Under the pieces are notes generated by a model. It made no database searches. It was given only the letters and a program-made list of their open reading frames with translations, and was not told where the DNA came from. This document shows positions 1 through 11,800 of a stretch of DNA of 64,000 bases, in pieces (within the stretch, counting starts at the first letter, position 1; each line of letters opens with the position of its first letter). The DNA comes from Sedimentisphaerales bacterium (GTDB taxonomy: Bacteria > Planctomycetota > Phycisphaerae > Sedimentisphaerales > Anaerobacaceae), in contig OY970194.1 of NCBI GenBank assembly GCA_963708075.1, positions 7,392,001 through 7,456,000 of the forward strand, given 5' to 3'. The position numbers and the translations under genes are program-made.

Positions 1-163
1 GCAACTGGCACGCGGCCACCCCGTCACCGGGCACAGCAAACAACTGAGGCAGCGGCGAATAGGCCGATTGTGTTGCTGCCGGCCGGAAGAGCCTTCCTCG
101 CCGGCGCTATCATCCTCCGCAGCGGCGTGGACTTCCACGTGCCGTGGCAGTTAAGGATTGGCT

Positions 164-712
164 ATGGCGTTTGAAGCTGAGTCTGGGCAGGTGTTCAGGT
201 ATTGTCCGAAGTGCGGGGCGGCGGCGCTGCGGATGGTGGGAGGCAAACTGCTGCGGTGCGAGGCTTGCGGGTTTGAGTTCTATCTGAACGCGGCGGCGGC
301 GGTGGCGGGGGTAATCGTGGATGGCCAGGGCCGGCTGCTGATCACGGTGCGAGGCAAGGAGCCGGGTAAAGGCAAGTGGGACCTGCCGGGCGGGTTCGTC
401 GACCCGGGCGAGTCGGCGGAGGAGGCCTTGCAGCGGGAGGTCCGCGAGGAGGTGGGACTGGAGGTCACGGCCATGCGATACCTGGGCTCCCATCCGAATA
501 CATACGACTACATGGGGGTACGGTACAGCACGATGGATATGGGTTTTGTCTGCCAGGTGACGGACCTTTCGCAGGCGGCAGCCCGGGAGAGCGACATCGA
601 GGCAGTCCTCTTCAGGCACCCTGAGGACATCGATCCGGCCCGGTTTGCCTTCCGCTCGCTCGCCAGGCTCGTGGAGCGGTATCTGGCAGAGGGGAAAGAC
701 GCAAGAACCTGA
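164..712 (+). CDS. NUDIX hydrolase with N-terminal zinc ribbon (NudC/YjhB-like)
   Basis: CPKC...CEAC zinc ribbon; Nudix box GGFVDPGESAEEALQREVREEVGL; ATG at 164 follows AAGGA. Confidence 0.9.
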   Translation: MAFEAESGQVFRYCPKCGAAALRMVGGKLLRCEACGFEFYLNAAAAVAGVIVDGQGRLLITVRGKEPGKGKWDLPGGFVDPGESAEEALQREVREEVGLEVTAMRYLGSHPNTYDYMGVRYSTMDMGFVCQVTDLSQAAARESDIEAVLFRHPEDIDPARFAFRSLARLVERYLAEGKDART

Positions 713-745
713 AAGAGCGGGCACCGGGGTCCGAGAATAATTCTA

Positions 746-774
746 TTGCACGCCTATGTATCTTCTGGTACAAT
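746..774 (+). promoter_or_regulatory. Putative sigma70 promoter for the 1169 gene
   Basis: TTGCAC-N17-TACAAT with TG extended -10. Confidence 0.55.
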
Positions 775-1168
775 GCAGCCGTTACGTGGGTTTTGGGTCT
801 GTGCGTGCCGCTCGGCAGTGAGCGGGATGGTTTCGGAGCGCTGATAAGAGGCCTGTAAACGGGTCGGGGTCGGAGGCTCTCGGCACAGTGGGTCTGATCG
901 CGTACAACGTGGGTGGGGGAGCAGGGTGCACGTCTCCGTGGCATTTCGGATGTACTCTTTTCTTTTCGCGGGGATGGCGTTTTCGCAGAAAGGGGGTGCG
1001 AGAGGAGATTCCATGATCTCAGAGCAAGTGGCGGGGGATTTGTGTCGATGAACGATCCATCAGGCGGGCTCGCGTCGGCAGGCAGCGTGCGTGACGCGTG
1101 GCGGAGGATAGTGCTTTGGCGCGTGGCCAAGGCATGGGTACCGCAGTCTCAGTAGAAGGAGGATCATT

Positions 1169-4100
1169 ATGTGGAGAATATCATTGTTGAGTGTGGTCGC
1201 GGCTGTGCTGCTTCTGGGCGGCATAACCCAGGCGGCCCGCGACGTCACCGCTCCGGGGGATGTCATACTCCCTGTCCCTAACGATGGCGACTGGCCGGGC
1301 AACGAACGGGTCCCTCAGGCCATTGACAACCAGGTTGTGACCAAGTATCTGCACTTCAAGGGGGAGACGCAGCCGACAGGTTTCCAAGTGACGCTCAGCG
1401 CCGGTGCGATTGTGGTGACAGGGATCAATCTCTGCTCGGCCAACGACGCGGAGGATCGCGACCCCGTCAAGTACGAGCTGTCCGGCTCCAACGTCAGCAT
1501 CGATGGGCCGTACACCTTGATTGCCAAGGGCGATGTCAAGGACTTCGCCGGGTCGGCGGTGTGGCCGCGGCGTACGTGGCTCAAGACGCCCATCAAGTTC
1601 GCCAACACCGTGTCGTACAAGCACTATCAGTTGATGTTCTCGGCCATTCGCATGTCGATAACCGGGGCGAGCACCGACAGCATGCAGATCGCCGAAGTCG
1701 AGCTGCTGGCGGACGTGTTCACCGCGACCACGCCGGACCCGGCCAACGGGAAGACAGGCGTGACCATGGCCTTCCTTCAGTGGAAGGCCGGCGACACGGC
1801 AAAATTCCATGATGTCTATCTCGGCACGGACCCGGCGGCGCTGACCAAGGTTGTCAATCCTATGCCGACGTATGCGATGTATATGTACCAGGGGACTCTG
1901 GAGCCGGGAGTGACCTACTACTGGCGTGTGGATGAGCGCGACGTGGCCGGCACTGTATATACAGGCGAAGTGTGGAGCTTCACCGTCCAGCCTCTGACCG
2001 CCAACAGCCCCACGCCGCTGGACGGCGACAAATGGATCGATCCGGCAGTCGAGCTGACCTGGCTTCCCGGCCAGCAGAACGCCGCAACCCACGTCGTATA
2101 TTTTGACACCGACAAGGCAAAAGTGGTCGCACGCGATCCCAGCGTGCTCAAGGCCACTCAGCCGGCCATGAGCTTCAATCCGGGGCTGCTGGCACAGGAT
2201 ACTACCTACTACTGGGCGGTCGATGAAGTCGTCAGTACCGGGAATGTTCTCGGGGAGGTCTGGTCCTTCACTACGATCGGTCCGAATCCGGGCGGCATCA
2301 AGGGCGAGTACTTCAGCAACACCAGCCTGAACGGCCTGCCTGCCCTGACGCGAATCGACCCGGCGGTCAACTTCAATCTGGTTGGCGTCGGGCCGGGCGA
2401 CCCGATTCCCGTCGATGGCTGGTCAGCCCGGTGGACAGCAGACCTTGATGTTACCAGGGCCGACACGTATATGTTCGCTGTCAACTGCCAGGATGGCACC
2501 AAGCTGTGGATCGACGGCAAACTGCTCGTTGACCAGTGGGTCACCCCCACAGTCACGAGCAAGTACTTCTCCCTGCCGATCTACCTGGATAAGGGCGTCC
2601 ATTCGCTGGTACTGGAGTACTTTGACAGCGGTGGCGACGCTGTGGAGCAGTTGTACTGGTCGACGGCGACGATGGCCGAGGTGATAGTCCCGGCCGGCCC
2701 GCTGCAGCCTCCGGTTCGGGCCAGGGCGATCTATCCGCAGGACAAAGACGTCAATACCCCGCAGGATGTGGTCCTGACGTGGTCCGTCGGCGAGAAGACA
2801 GCCACGCATGATGTGTACTTCGGTGAGGACAAGGCGGCTGTTGAGGCAGCTACCCCGGCCGATGCGGCCGTCTATAAGGGCAGCCAGACGAAGGACGAGA
2901 ATTCCTGGACCGCGAGCGGCCTCGACTGGAACAAGACCTACTATTGGCGAGTGGACGAAGTGAATACCGCCGATGAGGGCAGCCCATGGAAGAGCAGTGT
3001 CTGGAGCTTCACCACGGCCGATTTCATCGTAGTCGATGACTTCGAGAGCTACACCAATAGTTCGCCGTATCGTGTTTTCCAGACCTGGATCGACGGCTGG
3101 GGCTTCTCGGCTGACGAGTTCTTCGCCGCCGATAATCCTGGCAATAGCAGCAGTTCAACGGTCGGACACGACATCTGGACAGCCGGTACCTCGTACTCGG
3201 CGATCGTTGAGACGTCGATCATCAATCCGGGCAGCGGCGGGCAGTCGATGCCTTTCGACTACAACAACGCCACGAACCCGTACTTCAGTGAGACGGATCG
3301 GACCTGGAGCTCCGCTCAGAACTGGAAGGTCAACGGCGTGACGGACCTGGTCCTCTACTTCCGGGGCAATCCGGCCAGGTTCCTTGAGACGGCTACCGGC
3401 ATCAGCATGAGCGCCGCCGGCGCCGACATCTATGGCGCCACCGACGAGTTCCGTTTCGCCTGGAAACGTCTGTCGGGCGATGGCTCGATCGCGATCCGCG
3501 TCGACAGCGTCCAGACCGTCAACTCCTGGACCAAGGCCGGCGTGATGATTCGTGAGAGTCTCGATCCGCTGGCGATGCAGGTGCACATGGTCACCGGCGC
3601 CCAGCAGCAGGTAGTGGAGTGGATGTACCGTGCCATCACCAACGACACAGTTGTCACCAACTTCAACACTACCGGTGGCACAAACCCGTTGCCGGCCTGG
3701 GTCCGGATCACTCGCGCGGGGAACGTCTTCACGGGCGAGTACTCGAAGGATGGAACGACCTGGACGAAGATCACACAGGCCGATGGAACCGCGTCCTCCT
3801 TCACCCTGACCATGCCCGCCACCGTCTACATCGGCATGGTGGTTTCGAGCCATGTGACGAACGTTGTGGCCAGTGCCCAGTTCTCGGACATCAAGACCAC
3901 GGGCAACGTCACTGGTGCCTGGCAGGCAACCGATGTTGGTGTCGTGCATCCAGGCAACGAGGCCGCTCAGTTGTATGTCGCTTTGCAGGATAGCAGCAAT
4001 AAGCTCGCCGTTGTGAACTACCCGAGCCTTGAGGCCGTCCTGACGACGACATGGACGCAGTGGAAGATCCCGCTGAGCCAGTTCACCGGCGTGAACGTCG

Positions 4101-4204
4101 GGGCGATCAAGAAGATGTACATCGGCGTAGGCAACCGTACGGCCGGCGCGATGGACGGCCACGGCAGTCTGTACATCGATGACATCCGCGTGATGAAGCC
4201 GTAA
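1169..4204 (+). CDS. Secreted modular protein: discoidin/galactose-binding-like N-domain, 3 Fn3/Ig-like repeats, PA14 domain, C-terminal CBM-like domain with ConA-like insert
   Basis: Signal peptide; GAAGGAGG RBS; three YYW(R/A)VDE repeats; PA14 motifs GGIKGEYF, WSARWT and DGTKLWIDG; C-terminal VDDFESYT...YIDDIR. Confidence 0.85.
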   Translation: MWRISLLSVVAAVLLLGGITQAARDVTAPGDVILPVPNDGDWPGNERVPQAIDNQVVTKYLHFKGETQPTGFQVTLSAGAIVVTGINLCSANDAEDRDPVKYELSGSNVSIDGPYTLIAKGDVKDFAGSAVWPRRTWLKTPIKFANTVSYKHYQLMFSAIRMSITGASTDSMQIAEVELLADVFTATTPDPANGKTGVTMAFLQWKAGDTAKFHDVYLGTDPAALTKVVNPMPTYAMYMYQGTLEPGVTYYWRVDERDVAGTVYTGEVWSFTVQPLTANSPTPLDGDKWIDPAVELTWLPGQQNAATHVVYFDTDKAKVVARDPSVLKATQPAMSFNPGLLAQDTTYYWAVDEVVSTGNVLGEVWSFTTIGPNPGGIKGEYFSNTSLNGLPALTRIDPAVNFNLVGVGPGDPIPVDGWSARWTADLDVTRADTYMFAVNCQDGTKLWIDGKLLVDQWVTPTVTSKYFSLPIYLDKGVHSLVLEYFDSGGDAVEQLYWSTATMAEVIVPAGPLQPPVRARAIYPQDKDVNTPQDVVLTWSVGEKTATHDVYFGEDKAAVEAATPADAAVYKGSQTKDENSWTASGLDWNKTYYWRVDEVNTADEGSPWKSSVWSFTTADFIVVDDFESYTNSSPYRVFQTWIDGWGFSADEFFAADNPGNSSSSTVGHDIWTAGTSYSAIVETSIINPGSGGQSMPFDYNNATNPYFSETDRTWSSAQNWKVNGVTDLVLYFRGNPARFLETATGISMSAAGADIYGATDEFRFAWKRLSGDGSIAIRVDSVQTVNSWTKAGVMIRESLDPLAMQVHMVTGAQQQVVEWMYRAITNDTVVTNFNTTGGTNPLPAWVRITRAGNVFTGEYSKDGTTWTKITQADGTASSFTLTMPATVYIGMVVSSHVTNVVASAQFSDIKTTGNVTGAWQATDVGVVHPGNEAAQLYVALQDSSNKLAVVNYPSLEAVLTTTWTQWKIPLSQFTGVNVGAIKKMYIGVGNRTAGAMDGHGSLYIDDIRVMKP

Positions 4205-4273
4205 CCGGGATTAGTGGGTGAATGCCGCGATGGGTGGTCACCCGTCGAGGTACTCATCGCAACAGGCAGTATG

Positions 4274-4310
4274 AATCGGGGCCTGTGTCTTCGTGGCACA
4301 GGCCCCGGTT
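4274..4310 (+). terminator. Terminator-like hairpin after the 1169 gene
   Basis: CGGGGCCTGTG...CACAGGCCCCG stem; near-identical hairpin at 12143. Confidence 0.6.
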
Positions 4311-4412
4311 GTTCACTCTGCGTGGACAAGCTCCGGCCTCTACGCTCCACACGATTCTCCGCTACATTCGTTAAAGTCCCTCCATCCCGCACCCGAAAGA
4401 GCGTGTACAAGC

Positions 4413-4438
4413 GGGCGACTCTTCAGACTCGCCCATAC
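4413..4438. repeat. REP-like palindrome (degenerate member of the GGGCGGGTTT..AACCCGCCC-GTAC family)
   Basis: GGGCGA-ctcttcagac-TCGCCC-ATAC. Confidence 0.4.
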
Positions 4439-4988
4439 GCTCACCAAGGGAGAGCAAGGATCGTGATGTTGCAGACAACCGAAGGGATTTTTGTCGCAAG
4501 CCGTCGCCGGCCCGACCCCATTGCCACGGCCGATGAGACCGTCATTCCAGCCCCTCATCCTCGGAGAGCATCGGCCCACAAAAGCGGCGGAATTTCGCTT
4601 GCAATGCAGCCGCTCCATCGGATATAAGGAGACATAGATCGACCTGTGAGTTGTCGTTTCCAGACGCCGAGTTTGTACAACGCATCAACAAGGGACGAGC
4701 ACCGTTCTTCGGATGGGTCCCTCGTAAGACTCTGTATCGCATGGACGAAAGAGTCACCGGTCTCACATCTTGTTCTCTCGAATCATACCAGGGAAGGAGG
4801 TAGGGTCGGGTCCCATAGCCAGCAACTCCTCCAGGCAAGAGGCCAAACGTGGGTGGAGACGCCAGCCGCATCGCTGCGTGCAAGGCATACCGGGCAGATC
4901 CCGAGCCCTGGGCTCATGCAGGACAGGCGGTGTTTTACGTGTGGGTGAAGACGTGGGTTTACGAGTCTCAGTGTGAAGGAGGTCAGTC

Positions 4989-7900
4989 ATGTACAGAAAA
5001 CTGTTCCTGGTTGCTTTTGTGGTGCTCTCAGTACTGATTCAGGGCGGTGCCGCCCTGGGTGCCGGTGGCTCGCTCCTCGGACGGTGGATGTGTGACGAGG
5101 GCCAGGGCAACACGGTGTCCGATTCGTCGGGCAACAAACGTCACGGCAGGTTCGTGAATGGCGCGGCCGCCTGGACGACGGGTCATGCCGGTAGCGCCGT
5201 CCAGTTGGTCGCTCCGACGCTGGTCGAAATCCCGAACATCAACATGACCCTGAGCGAGGCGACCATGGCCGGCTGGGTTTTCGCAGACGGGCCGCAACCC
5301 AATTGGGCAGCCATGATCATGCACCGCGGCAGCGGCTCGGCCCACGGCTTCAACTTGACGGCTGATGACGGCCGGCCGGCGCTGGCCTATCACTGGAATG
5401 ACGATTCGGCAACATGGGGCGCGCGTACCCAGGCCGTCTATCCGCTCAATGAGTGGACCCACTGCGCGTTGACGATACAGCCCACAAAGGCGACGTTCTA
5501 CATTAACGGTGCCGAGGCCCACGTCGTCACCGTTCGCCATAACCCTGCGAACTGGAACCAGCCTTTCCATCTGGGGGGAGATGGCGGCTCCGGCTATGTG
5601 GACCGCAGAATGAAGGGGGCCCTGGACGATGTCGTGTTCTTCAGCCGGGCACTTGACGCACAGCAGGTCGCGGGCCTGATGGCCGGCACGCTGCCTGTGT
5701 TCTTGAAAGCCGAGAAGCCCACTCCCGCCGATGGAGCGACCGGCATCAACATGCCTGTGACGTGGCTGCAATGGACGCCCGGCGAGAAGTCTATATACGA
5801 GGATGTCTATCTCGGCACGACCCCTGAGCTTACGGCCGAGAATCGTGTGGTCCAACAACCGGCCGCCATGAAGATGTATATCCAGGTGACGCCTCCGCTG
5901 GAGCCTGGTCAGACATACTATTGGCGTGTGGACTCGCTGGACATCACCAAGAACCTGCTTGCGACGGGCGACGTGTGGAGGTTTACCGTTCTGGCCTTGA
6001 AGGCCTCCTTCCCGAGTCCCGCGGATGGCGCCACAGGCGAATTCCCCGGTCTTGTCCTGACCTGGATGAAGGGCAGGGATGCCGCGAGTCACCGCGTGTA
6101 CTTTGGCTCCGACGCAGCGGCGGTCGCCGGCGGCGCCGCGGATGCCGACAAAGGCCCCGCGGACGAGCCCAGCTTCAATACCGGCGCCCTGAGGGCCTCC
6201 ACGACCTACTATTGGCGCGTGGATACGATAAACCTCGATGAGACTGTCCTGCAGGGTGACGTGTGGAGTTTCTCTACTGTGGATGCGGGCCCCGCGGGCA
6301 AGATCACACGTGAGTGGTGGTCCGGCATCGGCGGCACGGCGATCAACCTTCTGACCGGTGACGCGGCTTATCCTAAGAGCCCGACAGGCAGGGAATACGT
6401 CGATCAGTTTGCAGGCCCCGTTGACTGGGCGGACAACTACGGCCAGCGCCTATATGGCTGGCTCAAGCCGCCTCAGACGGGTGATTACACCTTCTGGGTT
6501 TCCGGCGATGACGATCAGCAGTTGTGGCTGAGCACGGATGAGAATCCGAGCAATGGCGTGATGATCGCCAGTGTGTCCGGCTATACCGGGGCACAGGAGT
6601 GGGAAAAGTTCGCGAGCCAGAAATCTGCTCCTGTTAGCTTGAACGCGGGGCAGAAGTACTTCATCATGGCCCTGGGCAAAGACGGCGGCGGCGGTGACAG
6701 CACCGCGGTTGCATGGCAAGGCGGGCCTATTGCCGCTCGGGAAGTGATCAAGGCCGAGTATGTCGATGCGTTCGCTCTGTTGCCTCTGGTAGCCTTTGGG
6801 CCTATCCCGACGAATGGCGCCGTGGACACGATACAGACGCTCACCCTGACCTGGAACGCGGGCGATAGGGCGCAGCAGCATGCGGTGTACTTGGGCGATG
6901 ACGCCAACGCCGTTGCCGCCGCCGATGCCTCCAGCCCGCTGTTCAAAGGCGAACAAGCCACCGCCAGCTTTGACACCGGCGCGCTGGAGTGGGGCAAGAC
7001 CTACTACTGGCGCGTGGATGAGATCAGTGCCGGTGAGGCCGGCAGCCCGTGGAAAGGCAGAGTCTGGAGTTTCACCACGGCCAGCTACCTTCCTGTCGAT
7101 GACTTCGAGAGCTACACCAATGACTCGCCGAACCGCGTATTCCAGACCTGGATCGATGGCTGGGGATTCTCCGAAGACGAGTTCTTCCCCACCGGCAATC
7201 CGGGCAATAGTACCGGCTCGACAGTCGGACATGACATCTGGACCGCCGGCAGTCCTCATTTCGGCCAGACGATCGTTGAGACTTCGATCGTCGCTCCCGG
7301 TGGCAGCAAACAATCCATGCCGTTCGAGTACAGCAACGTCGACAACCCGTTCTACTCTGAGACCGAGCGGACGTTTGCCTCGCCTCAGAACTGGACACTC
7401 AATGGCATGGACACGCTTAGCCTGCAGGTCCGCGGCTATTCGGACGTGAACAACGTGGCCGTCACCGAGACCGGCGGCAAGATGAGTCTGACCGGCGCCG
7501 GCGCCGATATCTGGGGCGCCAGCGATGAGTTCACTTTTGCCTACAAGACCCTCAACGGCGACGGCTCGCTGATTGCCAAGGTCGTCAGCACCGGCACCGG
7601 GTCCAGCCGCTGGGCCAAAGGCGGCGCGATGATTCGCGACAGCCTCGAAGGCAGATCGGCAAGTGCACAGATGGTCTTGACAGGCGGCGATGGCAACGGA
7701 GGTGCTTTCCAGAATCGCGCGACGGCCGGTCTGGACATGCAGGCCAACGACGCCACCTCCAACATCACGATGACCAACGCGATCGCACCGCCATACTGGG
7801 TCAAGATCGATCGCCGTGGCGACACCATCACAGGCTATATTTCCTCCGACGGTGCGGCCTGGGCCGCGATCAACTCAGTGGATATCGTGATGACTGCTCC

Positions 7901-8288
7901 GGTCTACATTGGTCTGTGCGTGACTTCCCACGCTGCCAACGAGGATCGGACCTTCCAGTTCGAGAACATCTCGACCACCGGCGGTGTCACCGGGGCCTGG
8001 CAGGGCGCTGTGATCGACAGCCCACGGAACAACGGCCCGCAGAACCTGTATGTTGCTCTTCAGGACAGCAATAACAAGACGGCTGTGGTGACCGATGCCA
8101 CGGCGGTGAACTCCGCGACCTGGGTTGAGGTCAGGATGCCGCTGAGCAGATTCACCGGCATCAGCGTCAACAAGATCAAGAAGATGTTCATCGGCGTCGG
8201 CGACCGGAACGCTACGTCGGCGGACGGCACGGGTATGCTGTTCATTGACGACATCCGGGTCATCAAGCCGGCTTCCGCCGGACAGTAG
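4989..8288 (+). CDS. Secreted modular protein: LamG-like N-domain, Fn3/Ig-like repeats, PA14 domain, conserved C-terminal domain with insert
   Basis: Signal peptide; LamG motifs DSSGNKRHG, WTHCALT and GALDDVVFFSRAL; PA14 GDYTFWVSGDD; C-terminal FIDDIR. Confidence 0.85.
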   Translation: MYRKLFLVAFVVLSVLIQGGAALGAGGSLLGRWMCDEGQGNTVSDSSGNKRHGRFVNGAAAWTTGHAGSAVQLVAPTLVEIPNINMTLSEATMAGWVFADGPQPNWAAMIMHRGSGSAHGFNLTADDGRPALAYHWNDDSATWGARTQAVYPLNEWTHCALTIQPTKATFYINGAEAHVVTVRHNPANWNQPFHLGGDGGSGYVDRRMKGALDDVVFFSRALDAQQVAGLMAGTLPVFLKAEKPTPADGATGINMPVTWLQWTPGEKSIYEDVYLGTTPELTAENRVVQQPAAMKMYIQVTPPLEPGQTYYWRVDSLDITKNLLATGDVWRFTVLALKASFPSPADGATGEFPGLVLTWMKGRDAASHRVYFGSDAAAVAGGAADADKGPADEPSFNTGALRASTTYYWRVDTINLDETVLQGDVWSFSTVDAGPAGKITREWWSGIGGTAINLLTGDAAYPKSPTGREYVDQFAGPVDWADNYGQRLYGWLKPPQTGDYTFWVSGDDDQQLWLSTDENPSNGVMIASVSGYTGAQEWEKFASQKSAPVSLNAGQKYFIMALGKDGGGGDSTAVAWQGGPIAAREVIKAEYVDAFALLPLVAFGPIPTNGAVDTIQTLTLTWNAGDRAQQHAVYLGDDANAVAAADASSPLFKGEQATASFDTGALEWGKTYYWRVDEISAGEAGSPWKGRVWSFTTASYLPVDDFESYTNDSPNRVFQTWIDGWGFSEDEFFPTGNPGNSTGSTVGHDIWTAGSPHFGQTIVETSIVAPGGSKQSMPFEYSNVDNPFYSETERTFASPQNWTLNGMDTLSLQVRGYSDVNNVAVTETGGKMSLTGAGADIWGASDEFTFAYKTLNGDGSLIAKVVSTGTGSSRWAKGGAMIRDSLEGRSASAQMVLTGGDGNGGAFQNRATAGLDMQANDATSNITMTNAIAPPYWVKIDRRGDTITGYISSDGAAWAAINSVDIVMTAPVYIGLCVTSHAANEDRTFQFENISTTGGVTGAWQGAVIDSPRNNGPQNLYVALQDSNNKTAVVTDATAVNSATWVEVRMPLSRFTGISVNKIKKMFIGVGDRNATSADGTGMLFIDDIRVIKPASAGQ

Positions 8289-8314
8289 TGCCTGCTGCTA
8301 CTTCGTGATACGTC

Positions 8315-8347
8315 CAGGGGCCCATGTCTCCGTGGCATGGGCCCCTG
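8315..8347 (+). terminator. Terminator-like hairpin after the 4989 gene
   Basis: CAGGGGCCCATG...CATGGGCCCCTG. Confidence 0.55.
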
Positions 8348-8732
8348 CTCTGTTATGTGAATTGATGCAGAATCCCCTACGGGCCCCTATGCATGTGGCA
8401 ATGTGGCTAACTATCGCTGTGTTCGTGACTTACAGCAATGAAGGTCCGTGGACAACCCCGGAATGGTCCTGGTTTCCCGCTTTTTTTGTTGTGGGAGCAC
8501 CGGCTTCTGTAGTATGCTGTCTATATCGAGGTTCACGGGTTTCATCCAGTGAGAGCCGTGATCTGCACAACCGCTGGTTGGCAGGGAGGTTCCGGAGGAT
8601 ATGATCTGCATGGCGGCAAGAGGGATAACACGCTTCCGACAGGACGTATTGCGTGCATTTCCAGGCAAACAGGACATGTGTCAGCGGAGCGAAGGAGAGA
8701 TATTCGAGGTGCTGTTGATCCGCGCGTGGCAG

Positions 8733-8757
8733 GGGCGGGTTTCGAACCCGCCCGTAC
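8733..8757. repeat. REP-like palindrome with GTAC foot
   Basis: GGGCGGGTTTCGAACCCGCCC-GTAC; related copies at 12111 and 12456. Confidence 0.6.
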
Positions 8758-8894
8758 GGGTCATGGGACAGCGTCCATGCGCATCGTGCCGGCGGAGGCC
8801 GACATGGACGCCCATCCCGGGATTCATTGAATCTAGATAGGACTGCGTCGCGGGTGCACGGCAAAGCCGTAACCTTTTTTGAAGGAGGACATGT

Positions 8895-11800
8895 ATGTGT
8901 AAGAGAGTATTGTGTCTGACCCTGTTCACAGTGCTGTTTGGGGCGGTGGCCGCCCAGGCAGCCGAGTTCGAGTGGATCCGCGCCGCCTACTGGGACTCGC
9001 GGTATCCGACGGGCTGGGCCGATAATGCCTCCACTATTGTCGTGCGCGACGGCCTGGTGGCCGCCGGGTATGAGCTTCTCGATGCCGACCAGCTCAAGAC
9101 GTGGATGACTGCCCGTATCGCCGACAAGAAATACAGCGTGGTCGTGTTCTGCCGGGATATTGTGCCGGAAACGGTCGCCGAGACGAATACAACGAGTTGC
9201 ACGCTGCGCAAGTATCTCAATGCCGGTGGCAAGATCGTCTGGTACGCGGATGTGCCCATGTACTACCAGGGCCACAGTGATGGCACTTCGACCGATTGGG
9301 GCACGGGCGGCGCCCAGAACATCCTCGAGGTTGGCGGCCTCGTGTGGGACGCTAACACGCAGACCAAAGTCACGGCGGTCGGGGCTAAATGGGGGTTAAC
9401 CGAAACCTGGGCATCGCCCAGAAGTTACCCTGTAAACGCTGCCAACAAACTGACGGCGTTGGCGACGGACGTCGCCGGCAATGCCGCCGCATGGGTGAAG
9501 TTTTATAAGGCCAACGACACGTTCCGGGGATTTATTCGGCTCTGGGACCGGGGAGGCCATCCTGCTGTCGCCGACATCATCCGCGTGGCGGAGTATGCGC
9601 CCTGAAAGCCTCGAATCCTTCGCCGGCGGATGGAGCAATAGGCGTGACGCTGCCTATGATGACGTGGGACGCGGGCGCCTTTGCCGTCCGGCATGAAATA
9701 TACTTCGGGACCGATCCGAATGCCCCGAAGGTCATGACCATGCCCGTGTACCCGGGGTCGGCGTACTATTTCCCTTCGGCCCCCTTCGAGCCGGGCAAGA
9801 CGTATTATTGGCGTGTGGATGAAGTCGAGGCTGATGGCGCAGTGCGCGCCGGCGACCTGTGGACGTTCAGTGTAGCACCCCTGACTGCCTTTGCCCCCAG
9901 CCCGCGCAACGGCGACAAGTGGATCGATCCGAACGCCGACCTGAGCTGGCAGCCGGGCATGAACGCAAGCGAGCGTACGCTGTACTTCGGCACGGATCAG
10001 GCATTGGTAGCCGCACGGGATGCCAGCGTCGCCAAGGGCGGCACGCTGTATGCGACGGACTTCGAGCTTGATACACTGGCGCTGCAGACCACGTACTACT
10101 GGGCCGTGGACGAAGTCAGCTCGGAGACATTCCCTGGCCCCGTCTGGAGCTTTACCACCATCGGCGAACCCGGCGGCGTCAAGGGCGAGTACTTCGCCAA
10201 CACCAGCAGAAATATCGTCGGAGTGCCGGTACTGACGCGGATCGACCCGTCGATCAACTTCCAATGGGGTGAAACTGCTCCGGATGCATCCGTCGGGATC
10301 GATTACTTCTCCGTCCGCTGGACGGCCGATTTGGAGATCGCAGTGGCCGATTCGTACACGTTCACCACCACCAGCGATGATGGCGCACGCCTCTGGATCG
10401 GTGACAACTTGATTGTCGATAGCTGGATCGATCAGGGTACGACGGACCATGCCAGCAAGCCGCAACAACTCGAGCCGGGCATCTATCCGTTGTCGATGGA
10501 GTACTATGAGTGGGGCGGCGGCGCGGTGGCTCAGTTGTCCTGGCAGACGCCGAGCGTGGCCCGCCAGATCATCCCGGCGGGAGCGCTGCAGCCCCCGGTG
10601 CGAGCCCGTGTGATCTACCCGAAGAACGGCGATGTCAATGTCCCGCAGGACATAACGCTGACGTGGTCGGCCGGTGAGAAGGCGGCCTCGCATGATGTGT
10701 ATCTGGGTACGGATGAAGCGGCTGTCGCGGCGGCTACGCCGGCCGATGCGGCCATCTACCAGGGCAACCAGGCGAAGGATGCAACCGCCTTCACGGCCAG
10801 TACTCTGGCGTGGAACACGACCTACTACTGGCGTGTGGATGAGGTCAACCCTGCCGAGGCGGATAGTCCGTGGAAGGGTTCCGTCTGGAGTTTCACGACC
10901 GCCAACTTCATCGTGGTCGACAACTTCGAGAGCTACACCGACGACAACACGAACCTCCAGGCCATCTTCCAGACCTGGATCGATGGTTGGGGCTACACCA
11001 CGCCCGAGCCGGGTGGTCCGGGCAACAATACCGGTTCGACGGTGGGATACAACGAGGCGCCGTTTGCTGAAAGGACCATCGTTCACGGCGGCTTGCAGTC
11101 CATGCCGTTCGATTACAACAACATCGTCAATCCGTTCTACTCCGAGACCGATCGGACCTGGACCTCGTCTCAGAACTGGAAGACCAATGGCGCCAACACG
11201 CTGGTGCTGTACCTGCGGGGCTATCCAGTGAAGTTCCTGGAGACCTCCACGGGGATCACCATGAGTGCCGCAGGCGCGGATATCGTGAACGGTACCGACG
11301 AGTTCCGCTTCGCCTACAAGAAGCTCACCGGCGACGGCTCGATTTCCGTCAAAGTGGACAACGTCCTGACCGCCAACGCGTGGACGAAGACCGGCGTGAT
11401 GATCCGTGAGCATCTGGATCCTCTGGCCATGCAGGTTCACATGATCACCGCTGCACAGCAGAGCCTGACCGAGTGGATGTATCGCGCCATCAGCAATGAC
11501 ACGGTCACCACGCAGTTCAATACCCCGGGCGGTTCCACTCTGCTGCCGGTGTGGGTGCGCATCACGCGCGCAGGCAACGTGTTCACCGGCGAGTACTCCA
11601 CGAATGGAACAGCCTGGACCAAGATCACCCAGGCCGACGGGACCGCGTCCACGATAACGTTGCCGATGCCCAACAGCGTGTACATCGGAATGGTCGTGTG
11701 CAGCCAGTTGGCGAACGCCGTGGCAAAAGCCGACTTCTCCGAGATCAAGACGACAGGCAGCGTCAGCGGCGCGTGGCAGACGGCCGATGTCGGCGTGGTC

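Noticed and set aside
9603..9605. TGA as a selenocysteine or read-through codon
   Set aside because: The continuation is in a different frame, so an indel explains it
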